The notes under the pieces were generated by a model. It saw only the letters and a program-made list of their open reading frames with translations. It did not search any database and was not told the DNA's origin. From Octopus vulgaris (lineage: Eukaryota): a stretch of 64,000 nucleotides of DNA. Location of the stretch: NCBI GenBank assembly GCA_951406725.2, contig OX597822.1, positions 79,360,001-79,424,000 on the forward strand, given 5' to 3'. Both the position numbers and the translations under genes were made by a program. Positions 39,219 through 53,104 of this stretch are shown here, piece after piece; position 1 is the first letter of the stretch, and every line of letters begins with the position of its first letter.

Positions 39219-39752
39219 TAGTGTGCGTGCGCATATGTTCGTATGTATTTGTGTATTTTTATGTGTATGTGTTGGCCTATGTGCATAAATCTGATCAGAG
39301 ACAAAGGAATATCTACAACAACAACAACAACAACAGCAACAACAGCAACAACAACAGCAGCAGCAGCCACGAGTACCAACGACAACAACAAAAACAATAC
39401 CATCACATAGAAATACCCTCAGCAACGACACTTACAACGGCAACAACAACAACAACAACGACAATAACAACAACAACAACAACAGCAAAAGAGAGATAAA
39501 GACTTCCGAACATCTGTGGTTCACAGAGAACCTTCTCTCATTTTAATGCAGTCACTAGCAGCAGCAGCAGCAGTACCACCACCACCACCATCACCACCAC
39601 CACCATCATCATCAATCAACTACCACTACCATTACCACCATATAGTGTGCTGGAGTTGGCGAAGGTGGTAAAAGCGCAATGTGAAGAATGAATCAACGGC
39701 GAAGAAAAGGAAGGAAGAAGCAGAAGTTGTAGTAGTAGTAGTAGTGGTGGTG

Positions 39753-39798
<46 letters not shown>

Positions 39799-40004
39799 GA
39801 GGAGGAGGAGGAGGAGGAGGAGGAGAAGAAGAAGAAGACGACGAAGAGGAAGAATGACAAGAAAAGATGTAGACGAAGTAAAAAGAGAAAAGGAAGCGAA
39901 AGAGAAAAGAAAAAGAAGTGGGAAAGAAAGAAAAAAAGTAAAAGTTTTATAACAACAACAACAACAACAATAATAATGATAATGATGATAACGATAACAA
40001 TAAC

Positions 40005-40036
<32 letters not shown>

Positions 40037-40106
40037 TAATAATGATAATAATAATAATAATAATAATAACAATAACAATAATAATAATAATAATAATAAC
40101 AATAAC

Positions 40107-40138
<32 letters not shown>

Positions 40139-40152
40139 TAATAATGATAATA

Positions 40153-40203
<51 letters not shown>

Positions 40204-40412
40204 GTAATAGTAATAGTAATAATAATAATAAGCCTTTATACGAAAGGCACAAAGTCTGAAGTTTTTTCTTTTGTTAGGGTGGGTCTAGTCGATTATACTG
40301 ACCTCAGTACGTAACTGGTACTTATTTGATTGACACCGAAAGGGTGAAAGACAAAGTCGACCTCTACGGAATTTGAACTCAGAGTTAATGATTCTGCCAG
40401 CTCGCCATGGCC

Positions 40413-40987
40413 TGATGCAATACCAGGCGGTGGCTCTCATGGCTTCTGATCTTAACTGATTGGAAATGTAATCATGTACATGTTTTGTCTTGGTTTAAAA
40501 GATGGGCTACAACAAATATTCTGCTCAATACTACAGATTTACTGGCCAGTTGCTTGACCTTAATCAGTTGAGCATGTCCCTTAGTGGCTTACGATACGTG
40601 CATCTCTGATCAAGAGCAGGAGTAGTTGGGGAGCATCATAGCTATATGCTGAGAGAGATTCTTTGGGGATTGAATAACTTACCTCTGGAAACATGGGTGT
40701 TCAGTTCACTATCCTTAAACAACCCTTATTCAAAGACCTTTCGAGCGGAATGGGCTACTTGACCTGAAGAAAATTCTATCTGGGTCCCACCGGCGAGGCC
40801 ACATACTGTTTATGTTGGTATGAGGTCACCATGTCACGCACATATGGTTGTGGTGCATGTGCCTGTTGTACCCTTATCGAACAGGTAGTCATGATGAGTA
40901 TATTGGGTTTCGCATATTTGTATCCCAGCATCATTTTGTTGGCGTGCGTTGCTCTCTCACTCAATAATAATAATAATAATAATAATG

Positions 40988-41058
<71 letters not shown>

Positions 41059-41233
41059 AATAATAATAATGATAATAATGATAATAAAAATCATAATAAT
41101 AAATGTCGCGCACACATGGTTGTGATGTATGTGCATAGTGTACCCTTATCAGACGGGTAGTCATGATGGGTATAGTGGGCTTCGTATATTTTACCCCAGT
41201 GTCAATTTGATGGCATGCACTGCTCTCACACTC
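40413..41233 (+). mobile_element. Two 5'-truncated copies of a repeat ending in (TAA)n
   Basis: 40832-40962 is repeated at 41104-41233; both end 'gctctc(t/a)cactc' directly before aataataat. Confidence 0.75.
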
Positions 41234-41276
<43 letters not shown>

Positions 41277-42039
41277 GGTCTGAAATTTTGAGGGAGGGCG
41301 CTAGTCGATTACATCGACTCCATTGTTCAACGGGTACTTATTTTATGAATCCCGAAAGGATGGAAGATAAAGTCGACGTCAGCGACATTTGAACTCAGAA
41401 CGTAAAGTCAGATGAAATGCCTCATAGCAATTTGACGCGCTAACGATTCGGCCAGCCGCCGCCTTAACCACCACCACCACCACCACCACCACAACAACAA
41501 CAACAACAACAACAACAAGAACAATAACAACAACAACAACAACAAGAACGACTACAACAATATCAAGAAGAAGAAAAAGAAGAAGAGGAACAACAGCAAG
41601 AACAACAATAATAGCAATAACAACAAAAACAACAACAACCGCAATAACAATGATTATGATAATTATAATAATTTCTTTATTTGACACTAGGGCAATAGAT
41701 GAGAGGTTATTACAGAATAAATTATAAAGACGTCGGTTGTCTATATAGAAATAATTATGGGAAACAGAGCATTGGAAACAATATAAGAATAAAATGAGAC
41801 GACTTGGTCAGTTAGCAGTTATGTAAGGATCAATAAAACGATTCATAGATCTGGGGTTATCCTAAATACCAAGGGAAAGTGCTTGAGAGAAGAATTTAAT
41901 GAGGACGTTGTGTCGCTAGGAGAAACCCAAAGAAAATATTGTCTTTGCTTTATACCCCAAAACACACAAAATGACAGCTTTGCAACAGTAATCCCCAAAA
42001 CTTCAAAATGGGGAACATTCAGAATGAAATATGATTGTT

Positions 42040-42640
42040 AGATACTGCTACAAGAAACTGACCGACCGTAACTTATCAATCTTTATTAACTTGTACCAAC
42101 GAGTACTCGATAGGGATATCAGCGTACTACACTAGTTGGCTAAGTCAGAAGCCAAACTGATCTCCTAATATAGAAATACTCACCCAGCGAAGAACTACTG
42201 GCCAATGCCTGCCAGAATTTAATGTATAAAATATATACAGCCTGTTTAAACTTATTCCCCCAAGACTATTGTGAAAATAATATTACAATAGAAAGAGCAG
42301 CTGGGAAGAAAGGAGTTTGGAGACGTGTCGAACAATTACTGATCAACAAAATTATGTTAGAGGTGCAGCGGCATAAAAGGAACTTGGTTTCAATGTGGTT
42401 GGACTATAAGAAACCGTTTGACTCTTTGCCCCACTTGTGGATGCTAGAGATCCTTCGATTTGCTAAAGTTCCAGAGAACATAATCAAAGCCTGACTTCAT
42501 TCTCCTTAACAATTTTGAAGTAAAATACAAAGAGTGATTGTTTTATCACTGATAAAATACAGTCTCGCAGAAGTATATTCAAAAGAGATCGTTTTTCTGT
42601 GATGCTTTTCATACCTTCAGTAAACCTCTTGTCATTCGTT
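42040..42640 (+). mobile_element. Degraded R4/Dong-like RT fragment
   Basis: MYKIYTAC...AAGKKGVW...EQLLINK...WLDYKKPFDSLPHLWM. Confidence 0.8.
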
Positions 42641-43710
42641 TTAGAAATTCTTGAAACTTTGTCTTCTCAAAAGTTCTTGAAGCTTCCAGAAAGTTCTAGA
42701 AAATTCTACTTAAGCAACTTAGCGCTGAATCTGTCTGAAATATTATGGAAAATAGTTAAGTTTCAAAACATTGATATCCACGTCACAAAAGAGAAGTTTG
42801 AAGGGAATAGTAGTCATATTCTTTGATTTCTAGACAGATGCAAATAGGAAGTAACACTTACTGACGAAAGACAAAACGGCAATGTTACAAAGTATAACCA
42901 AGGCAGCCTATCGTGGACCACCAACCAACTCTTGATGTCAACATAAAGCTAAAGATCAATGAAAAATGAAACATATGCGGAACTACTGAGAAATTTACAG
43001 ATACTTGCGTAACAAGTTTAATTTTATGCTCCTAAATATTGGGGCAGTGAGATACGTAATAAACTTGCCTCAGCAATAATCTTGAGAAGTTATGGTTTTC
43101 GAAACCAGAAAGGAGAAAGCTAATTAGAAGGCTACAGATACAACCCATCAATGGAACTGTCAAAATATGTAAAACTTTCCAAAAGTTTAGCATACAAATA
43201 CGTATACACATGTCTAGACATGCAATTATATGTAAGAGTATACGCACATAAAACAACACATACAAATCAGTTACATTTACTGACGCCAAATACTTGCACA
43301 TATGCACCATATGCACACATATATACATGCAATACATAATGCATACCCTGGTGATGTTGAAACTGCAATAAAGAAATCTCGGATCTATGATAGGTTAAAA
43401 GCTGCCTCTTTTTCCATTGGTTAGAAATCTAGAAATAAAATTATATAACAGCATACATACATACATGCATGCATTTGTGTGTCTGTGTTTATCCCCCACC
43501 ATCGCTTGACAACCGATGTTGGTGTGTTTACGTCCACGTAACTTAGCAGTTCGGCAAAAGAGACCGATAGAATAAGCACTAGGCTTACTAAGAATAAGTC
43601 CTGGGGTCGATTTGTTCGACTAAAGGGTGTGCTCCAGCATGTCCGCAGTCAAATGACTGTAAAAGAACAAACACATTTCTATTCAATTAAAATAGATATA
43701 AAATACATAT

Positions 43711-44020
43711 ATATTGTTGTATTTGGGGTTGGTCATGTTGCCAGTTTAGCTAATGAAAACACACGCACTATACATTTGGTGTTCACTTGCTTCAGTTTTA
43801 TTTCATATTAATTGTATTTCGGCCAGAGTTCTTTCGTTACACTTCTGTGACCTCATGGTCTTTTGCTTTCTTCTTTCTTTTTGTGTGTGTCTCCTTCCTA
43901 AAGATCTGGCGAAATACAATTAATATGAAATGAAGCTGAAGCAAGTGAACGCCAAGTCTATAGTGCTTGTGTTTCCATTGGCTAAATTGGCAACATGATC
44001 ATTCTCGAATACCACAATAT
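43711..44020. repeat. Inverted repeat, about 117-bp arms with a 77-bp spacer
   Basis: 'gttcacttgcttcagttttatttcatattaattgtatttcg' mirrors 'cgaaatacaattaatatgaaatgaagctgaagcaagtgaac'. Confidence 0.9.
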
Positions 44021-44061
44021 CTGTTTCAACACACGAGTTGACATCAAGAATCTTGCAAAGC

Positions 44062-44092
<31 letters not shown>

Positions 44093-44215
44093 ACCACATG
44101 GTTCCGGGTTCAGTCCCAACACGTGGCACCTTGGGCAAGTGTCTTCTACTATAGTCTCGGGTCGACCAAAGCCTTGTGAGTGGATTTGGGAGACGGAAAC
44201 TGAAAGAAGCCTGTC

Positions 44216-44293
<78 letters not shown>

Positions 44294-44493
44294 TTTTTTG
44301 TGTCTGTTGGTTTCCACACTCGCTTGACAACCGATGTTGGTGTGTTCACGTCCTCGTAACTAGCGGTTCGGCAAAAAGCCCGATAGAATAAGTACTAGGC
44401 TTACAAAAAATAAGTCCTGGGGTCGATTTGTTCGACAATAAGGCGGTGCTTCAACATGGCTGCAGTCAAATGACTGAAACAAAATAAAAGAGT
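44093..44493 (+). mobile_element. SINE family B, 5'-truncated
   Basis: Matches 22836-23240. Confidence 0.9.
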
Positions 44494-44625
44494 ATATGTT
44501 TATATACATATATACATACATACATGTATGTATGTATGTATGTATGTATGTATGTATGTATGTATGTATGTATGTATGTATGTATGTATGTATGTGTGTA
44601 TGCATGTATGTATGTATGTATAACG

Positions 44626-45007
44626 TGGCACTCCGTCGGTTATGACGACGAGGGTTCCAGTTGATCCGATCAACAGAACAGCCTGCACGTGAAATTAACG
44701 TGCAAGTGGCTGAGCACTCCACTGACACGCGGAAGCTTAATGCAGTTCTCGGGGAGATTCAGCGTGACACAGAGTGTGACAAGGCTGGCCCCTTTGAAAT
44801 ACAGGTACAACGAAAACAGGAAGAAAGAGTGAGAGAAAGTTGTGGTGAAAGCGTACAGCAGGGGTCGCCACCACCCGCTGCTGGAGCCTCGTGGAGCTTT
44901 AGGTGTTTTCGCTCAATAAACGCTTACAACGTCCAGTCTGGGGATCGAAACCGCGAACATACGACCGCGAGTCCGCAGCCCTAACCACTGGACCATTGCG
45001 CCTCCAC
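44626..45007 (-). mobile_element. SINE with family D head and tail X
   Basis: Head is the reverse complement of 'ggaggcgcaatggtccagtggttagggc...gtttcgatccc'; tail shared with 9440-9604. Confidence 0.85.
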
Positions 45008-45376
45008 ATACTCAGACACACACACATACACACACATGTATATGCGCGTGCGCGTGCGTGTGTATGGATACATTTAATGCATAAATGATGATGACGGCGA
45101 CGACGATAATGATGGATGTATTAATACATAAATATAATGATTGTAGTCTGAGTGAATTCCTTTTGTAATATTTTTCCTTTCACCTTTGCCTTTTTACACA
45201 TGCCATCAACCCCTTCCCCCCTCACACACTAAAACAGACATACACATACACAAGTAACCAACGCAAATGTATACGTTCACACATGCTTGCAGACATCCAC
45301 CAACAGATGACTGCAAGTCTATATGGTCGAAAAAGAACTTATAGATATATTTTCCTAAATGCGTGTCTATGTGTGC

Positions 45377-45464
<88 letters not shown>

Positions 45465-45538
45465 GTGCATGCACACCTGCGTGAGTAGATGTTTGTGTGT
45501 GTTGATGTCGATGTGTGTGTGCGCATCGCCCTCTCCCG

Positions 45539-45613
<75 letters not shown>

Positions 45614-45767
45614 GTATGTCTCTGCACACACACAAAATGAAAACTATTATGAGACAAAGAGAAGACGTACATTCGAATGATCTTAGCAAAATGGGTTGCT
45701 GAATAGGCGTAGAAATAACAACGATGAAAGAATATGTACAATGAAAATTATATATATATATATATAA

Positions 45768-45852
<85 letters not shown>

Positions 45853-46253
45853 CATATATACACAACGGGCTTCTTTCAGTTTCTGTCAACTAAATCCACT
45901 CACAAGGATTTGTTCGACCCGAGGCTATAGTAGAAGACACTTGCCCAAGCTGCCACGCAGTGGGTTTGAACCAGGAACCATGTGGCTGGTAAGCAAGCTA
46001 CTTACTACACAACCACTCCGGATATCCAGAGGTAATGCAGTACGTTTCGTGCAACTCCATTTAATTGAACAACGCAATCATTACATCAATTTAAAATGTA
46101 GATCAATCTTCAGCTGCACAAAGACATAGCATTTAATTAAATTGGAACAGATGGACACATTAGTATAATTATACTTAAAATCTCCCGGGAGAATGTATGG
46201 ATAATACCATACAAAATTCTGGTGCTTCAACTTAAGTACCATAGTCATCTGAA

Positions 46254-46352
<99 letters not shown>

Positions 46353-46379
46353 TGTGTATATATATATATGTATATGTAT

Positions 46380-46414
<35 letters not shown>

Positions 46415-46442
46415 CATATACATATACATATATATATATATG

Positions 46443-46533
<91 letters not shown>

Positions 46534-47040
46534 GTTCGTATGGCTTTGTGCTAAGAAGTTTGCTTCCCAACGACATGGTCCTGGGTTCAGTCTCACTGCA
46601 TGGTACCTTGGGCAAGTGTCTTCTATCATAGCCTCGGACTGACCAAAGCCTTGTGAATGGATTGGGTTGACAAAAACTGAAAGAAGCTCGTCGTATATAT
46701 GCATTGATATATCAATGTGTGTGCGTCTTTGCGTCTGTGTTTTTCCTCTCACTACCTCTTCACAACCGATGCTGGTGTGTTTACGTCTCTGTAAATAAGC
46801 AGGTCGGAAAAAGAGACCGATAGAATAAGTAAGTGGCTTTTAAAAAACAAGTACTGGGGTCGATACTTTCGACTAAAAATCCTACAGCATGGGGTCGATA
46901 CTTTCGACTAAAAATCCTACAGCATGGCCGCAGTTTAATGACTGAAACAAATTTAAGATAAAAGATACACACACACACACAGAAACACACACACACAGAC
47001 ACAGACACAGACACACACATGCAGGACACATATTTATATA

Positions 47041-47405
47041 AAGGCGCGGGAGTGGGTGTGTGGTAAGTAGCTTGCTTACCAACAACATGGTTCCGGGTTC
47101 ATTCCTACTGATTGGCACCTTGGGCTAAGTGTCTTCTTCTATAGCCTCGGGCCGACCAAAGCCTTGTGAGTGGATTTGGTAGACGGAAACTGAAAGAAGC
47201 CCGTCGTATATATGTATATATATAAGTATGTGTGTGTATATGTTTGTATGTGTTTGTCCTCCCCAACATCATTTGACAACCGATGGTGGTGTGTTTACGT
47301 CCCCGTCACCTAGCGGTTCGGCAAAAGACCGATAGAATAAGTACTAAGCTTACAAAGAATAAGTCCTGGGGTAGTTTTGCTCAAATGACTGAAACAAGTA
47401 AAAGA

Positions 47406-47410
<5 letters not shown>
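47041..47410 (+). mobile_element. SINE family B
   Basis: Matches 22796 with a small 3' deletion. An older copy with an internal 35-bp duplication lies at about 46540-46960. Confidence 0.9.
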
Positions 47411-47455
<45 letters not shown>

Positions 47456-47554
47456 TTAAAACTTCACGTATTGAGTGCATTGCTAGTTAATAATAAAATT
47501 GTTTTTAACGGATGGTTATACATAATACACACACACACGCACGCGCACGTACAT

Positions 47555-47864
47555 ATGTATGTATGTATGTATGCATGTATGTATGAATGTATGTATGTAT
47601 GTATGTATGTATGTATGTATGTATGTATGTATGTATGTATGTATGTATGTATGAATGTATATATGTATGTATGTATGAATGTATGTATGTATGTATGTAA
47701 TGTAATGTATGTATGTATGTATGTATGTATGAATGTATGTATGTATGTATGTATGTATGTATGTATGTATGTATGAATGTATGTATGCATGTATGTATGT
47801 ATGAATGTATGTATGTATGTATGTATGTATGTATGTATGTATGGATGTATGTATGTATGTATGC

Positions 47865-47897
<33 letters not shown>

Positions 47898-48059
47898 TGT
47901 ATGTATGTATGTATGTATGTATGGATGTAATGTAATGTATGTATGTATGTATGAATGTATGTATGTATGAATGTATGTATGTATGTATGTATGAATGTAT
48001 GTATGTATGTATGTGATGTAATGTATGTATGTATGAATGTATGTATGTATGTATGAATG

Positions 48060-48090
<31 letters not shown>

Positions 48091-48121
48091 TGTAATGTAT
48101 GTATGTATGTATGTATGTATG

Positions 48122-48152
<31 letters not shown>

Positions 48153-48197
48153 GTATGTATGTATGTATGTATGTATGTATGTATGTATGTATGTATG

Positions 48198-48228
<31 letters not shown>

Positions 48229-48371
48229 TGTATGTATGTATGTATGTATGTATGTATGTATGTATGTATGTATGTATGTATGTATGAATGTATGTATGCA
48301 TGTATGTATGTATGTATGTATGTATGTATGTATGTATGTATGTATGTATGTATGTATGTATGTATGTATGC

Positions 48372-48404
<33 letters not shown>

Positions 48405-48542
48405 TGTATGTATGTATGTATGTATGGATGTAATGTATGTATGTATGTATGTATGTAATGTATGTATGTATGAATGTATGTATGTATGTATGTATGAATG
48501 TATGTATGTATGTATGTGATGTAATGTATGTATGTATGAATG

Positions 48543-48573
<31 letters not shown>

Positions 48574-48774
48574 TGTAATGTATGTATGTATGTATGTATG
48601 TATGTATGTATGTATGTATGCATGCATGTATGTATGTGTATGTATGTATGTATGTATGTATGTATGTATGTATGTATGTATGTATGTATGTATGTATGCA
48701 TGTATGTATGTATGTATGTATGTATGTATGTATGTATGTATGTATGTATGCATGTATGTATGTATGTATGTATG

Positions 48775-48808
<34 letters not shown>

Positions 48809-48838
48809 TGTATGTATGTATGTATGTATGTATGTATG

Positions 48839-48869
<31 letters not shown>

Positions 48870-48892
48870 TGTAATGTATGTATGTACGTACA
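47555..48892. repeat. 1.3-kb compound (ATGT)n microsatellite
   Basis: Seen directly; it produces the artefactual 285-484 aa HTYI ORFs. Confidence 0.97.
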
Positions 48893-49361
48893 TATGTCTG
48901 TCTCTCCCTCTCTCTCAACCTATTTCTCTATCTATTACTTGACCTCTTTCCCCTTTAAAACACAATTTATAATTCAACTTCAAAAGGTACCTCAGAATTA
49001 CCTGTTCAGTTCCCATCATTCCGCCCCCCCCCCGTTGCATCTCCTCCCCGCACTCAAGGAGTTGCTTTCTTTTTATGAAAAAGATAAAGAATAATTGTTA
49101 TGGTATAATGATAAGTGAAATACAGATTAGCATATTTACACACACGCAAACATATTCATACGCACGCACATATATACACACACATACACACAAACACACC
49201 CACACACATGTACACACATATTTATATCTGTTTCCATTCATAGCTTTATATTATTTATATATAGATGCACATACACACATACACACCACACACTTGCCAC
49301 TTGCACAAATTTGTTTGTATGTATACACACACACACATATATATATATATACATATATACA

Positions 49362-49423
<62 letters not shown>

Positions 49424-49890
49424 TGTATATATGTGTGTAATATATATATATATATCTATAAATATCTATATATATATATATATATATATATACGTACATG
49501 TATACATATATGTATATATGTATATACATACATATATATGTATATATATATATACAAGAAAAAAGCAACAAGAATGGATTAGTTGCTCAGTACAATTGTT
49601 TCATACGAAGAACAGCTTTATTAAAAGCTGCAAATATTGCAGCAAATACAAGTGTCCCGTATTCATCAGCCAAAACACATATGAGTTTTCCAAACATCCT
49701 AGGGGTGAGGCTACACTCATGAAGTATCGAAGAGAGTTCAAGGCGGTGCTCCAGCATGGCCGCGATCACATGACTGAAACAAGTAACAGATACTTAATAA
49801 AAGATACACAGTTGTTATTCTTCCCTTCACCCCAACCCGTTTACTAAAAGACCTTACGTCACAGTAAGAAAGCCGTACGCAGGAAAGAGT

Positions 49891-50222
49891 TGTGGCGGCG
49901 GTGGTGGCGGTGGTGGTGGCGGTGGTGGTGGCGGTGGTGGTGGCGGTGGTGGCGGTGGTAGTGGCGGTGGTGGCGGCGGTGGTGGTGGCGGCGGTGGGGG
50001 CCGTGGAGGTGGTGGTGGTGGTGGTGGTGGCGGTGGTGGCGGTAGTGGTGGTGGCGGTGGTAGCAATAGTGGCAGTGGCGGTGGTGGCGGCGGCGGCGGT
50101 GATTGTGGTGGCGGTGATTGTGGTGGCGGTGGTGGCGGTGGCGGTGGTGGTGGTGGTGGCGGTGGTGGCGGTGGTGGCGGCGGCGGTGGCGGTGGCGGTG
50201 GCGGCGGTGGCGGTGGTGGTGG
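49891..50222. repeat. (GGT/GGC)n imperfect trinucleotide repeat
   Basis: Seen directly in the sequence. Confidence 0.95.
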
Positions 50223-50548
50223 TTGAGTAACAGGTGTCAGTGGAAGAGGGGACAAAAACGCCGAGGTCGCCCCCACCGTCTATTATACCCGACTAATCTC
50301 TAAGTGCAGCGTTTGCTTTAAATACTTGATAATGCACGCATGTGCGCACGCACACATACATGCACGCATGCACTCACGTATACACACGTAGACACACATG
50401 CATGCACACTTGTATACATACTCATATGTACATCTACAACGAGATGACAGATCTGTCTGCCTGTTTGCCTGCATGCTTGCCTATCGTCTATCTATCTGTC
50501 AGTGTGTTCGTCTATTTATATAAAAGTCCGTCTATCAATGTCTGTCTG

Positions 50549-50648
<100 letters not shown>

Positions 50649-50692
50649 CCTTTCTCTCTCTCTCTCTCTCTCTCTAGCTACCTATCTATCGA

Positions 50693-50762
<70 letters not shown>

Positions 50763-51163
50763 CCTACTCATACAATACATACATACATACATACATACAT
50801 ACATACATACATACATACATACATACACACACGTATGCATACATGCAAATATGCATTCATACACACATACATACACTATTTCACTAATTACAGTCACTGG
50901 GCTGCGGCCACGCTGGGGCACCGCTTTTAAGGGTTTTTAGTAGCCCATATTCACTTTTATGTTTATATTTCTTGTATACATTTTATCGAAAACTACTTGT
51001 CGAACCACTATGTTATGGAACATAAAGTGACACAAACAAACAATATCGGGTTTTAGACCTAAATATAAACATAAATGTTTCACGAGTTCAGCAAAAATTT
51101 AGATTCAGATAAATATGGTACTTAAGATGAGGCACCAGAATTTAGTACGGTATTTATCCATAT

Positions 51164-51481
51164 GTGGAGGCGCAATGGCCCAGTGGTTAGGGCAGCGGAC
51201 TCGCGGTCCGAGGATCGCGGTTTCGATTGCCAGACCGGGCGTTGTGTGTGTTTATTGAGCGAAAGCACCTAAAAGCTCCACGAGGCTCCGGCAGGGGGTG
51301 GTGGTGACCCCTGTTGTACTCTTTCGTTAAAACTTTCTCTCGCTCTCTCTTCCTGTTTCTTGAGTGTCGCTGCGATGGACTGGCGTCCCGTCCAGCAGGG
51401 GGTGGGGGAAAACATAGCCACAGAAACCGGGAAACCGGGCCCATGAGCCTGGCTAGGCTTGAAAAGGGCGACGTTTCTTTT
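51164..51481 (+). mobile_element. SINE with family D head and tail Z, full length
   Basis: tRNA-like head; 13-bp TSD 'tatttatccatat' at 51151 and 51482. Confidence 0.9.
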
Positions 51482-51543
51482 TATTTATCCATATACACGT
51501 ATATACACACATATACATACACATACAAACATATATACGTACA

Positions 51544-51575
<32 letters not shown>

Positions 51576-51854
51576 CAAACATACATACGTACATACATAC
51601 ATACATACATACATACATACATACATACAAACATACACACACACACGCACACATACATTCATGCGACATGCTTCTGTACAGTTTCCAAGTCCTCGTTGCT
51701 CGGAATTGAGCTCGGAACCGCGTGATTGAGAGGCGAGCCTATTAACCACACTGTCCAGCTCCCGCCTCCTCTCTCTCACACACACTTGAATGTATGCGGT
51801 GCCGTGGCATGGCTACTCCTCTCAACAAAAAAAAAGGTGATAGAATATATTCTC

Positions 51855-52210
51855 TTATTCATTTGACTGCGGCCATGCTGGAGTACCGTCTTTAGTTGAA
51901 CAAATCGACCCCAAGACTTATTCTTTGTATGCCTAGTACATATTCTATCGGTCTCTTTTGCCGAACAGCTAAGTTACGGGGACGTAAGCACAACAACATC
52001 GGTTGTCAAGTAATGGTGGGGGAACAAACACAGGTACACACACGCACACACATATATGTATACATACGACGGGGTTCTTTCAGTTTCTGTCTACCAAATC
52101 CACTCACAAGGCTATAGTAGAAGACATTTGCCCAAGGTACCACGCAGTGGGACTGAACCCGGAACAATGTGGTTGTGAAGGAAGCTTCTTACCACACAGC
52201 CACACCTGCG

Positions 52211-52213
<3 letters not shown>
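51855..52213 (-). mobile_element. SINE family B
   Basis: Reverse copy of 22796. Confidence 0.88.
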
Positions 52214-52251
<38 letters not shown>

Positions 52252-52923
52252 AAACCAGCTTAGAGAAGAAGAAGAAACGAAACGAACCGAAACGAATCGA
52301 ATCGAATCGACGCGAGGGCGCTCAGTTATACAATAGTGTAATAAATAAAATATATGCATACATACAAACATATATGTACTACCTACATCTACATGTATAT
52401 ATACATGCATATATAAATATATATACGTGTGTACAGGGCACCACAAATAGACGTAGAACTCAACGAGAAACGAAAAAGTAAAAACAGCATGGAACGGACC
52501 ATTTTTTTAACAACGAAAAAACAGGGTACAAGATAACTACACAAGGAAAAATCCCCTTCATCAGCTGTCCCTAGTTCAACTCCAGCGTGTTTCGAAGGTG
52601 AGGACAGAACACGTCTCGTCGAACTAGCCCTTCCTGCGAAAGAATTAAATAAAATTCCTTTGCAGAGGGGTAAAAACAAGGAAAAAAATGTGACAAAAAC
52701 AGGACGTAAAAACAATACAATTAAAAACAACTACAAAATAAAAATACAATTACAAAAAATACAGTACAAGAAGGAATAGAAACAGGACAGCAAAACAAAT
52801 AATGAGGGCCTATAAGCCTAGACGAGGAAAACATTTTCACGAGCGCAGGAAGAAACATGTTTACTTGAAGAAGGCCGCCAGCGAAAGGAAGTTCGTCGAC
52901 CCGGCTGTGAGAGAGATGAGGAG

Positions 52924-52965
<42 letters not shown>

Positions 52966-53072
52966 GAGAGAGAGAAGAAGGAAGCCAAAGAGGGTGAAAG
53001 AAAGAGAGAAGAAGGAGTTATAGAGTTTCGCGTCATAATTATACAAGTACACACACGCACTCTCTCTCTCTT

Positions 53073-53104
<32 letters not shown>

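Noticed and set aside
47464-48942. ORFs up to 484 aa (HTYI/MYVC repeats)
   Set aside because: Stop-free translation of an (ATGT)n microsatellite; the same applies to most ORFs in the track.
52545-52625. Minus-strand CTGATGA and GAAAC words
   Set aside because: They occur in reversed order without convincing stems I and III; possibly a rearranged relic, not counted as a hammerhead.
52861-52920. Possible small minus-strand exon after a (CT)n tract
   Set aside because: The polypyrimidine tract is a microsatellite and no frame gives a recognisable peptide.
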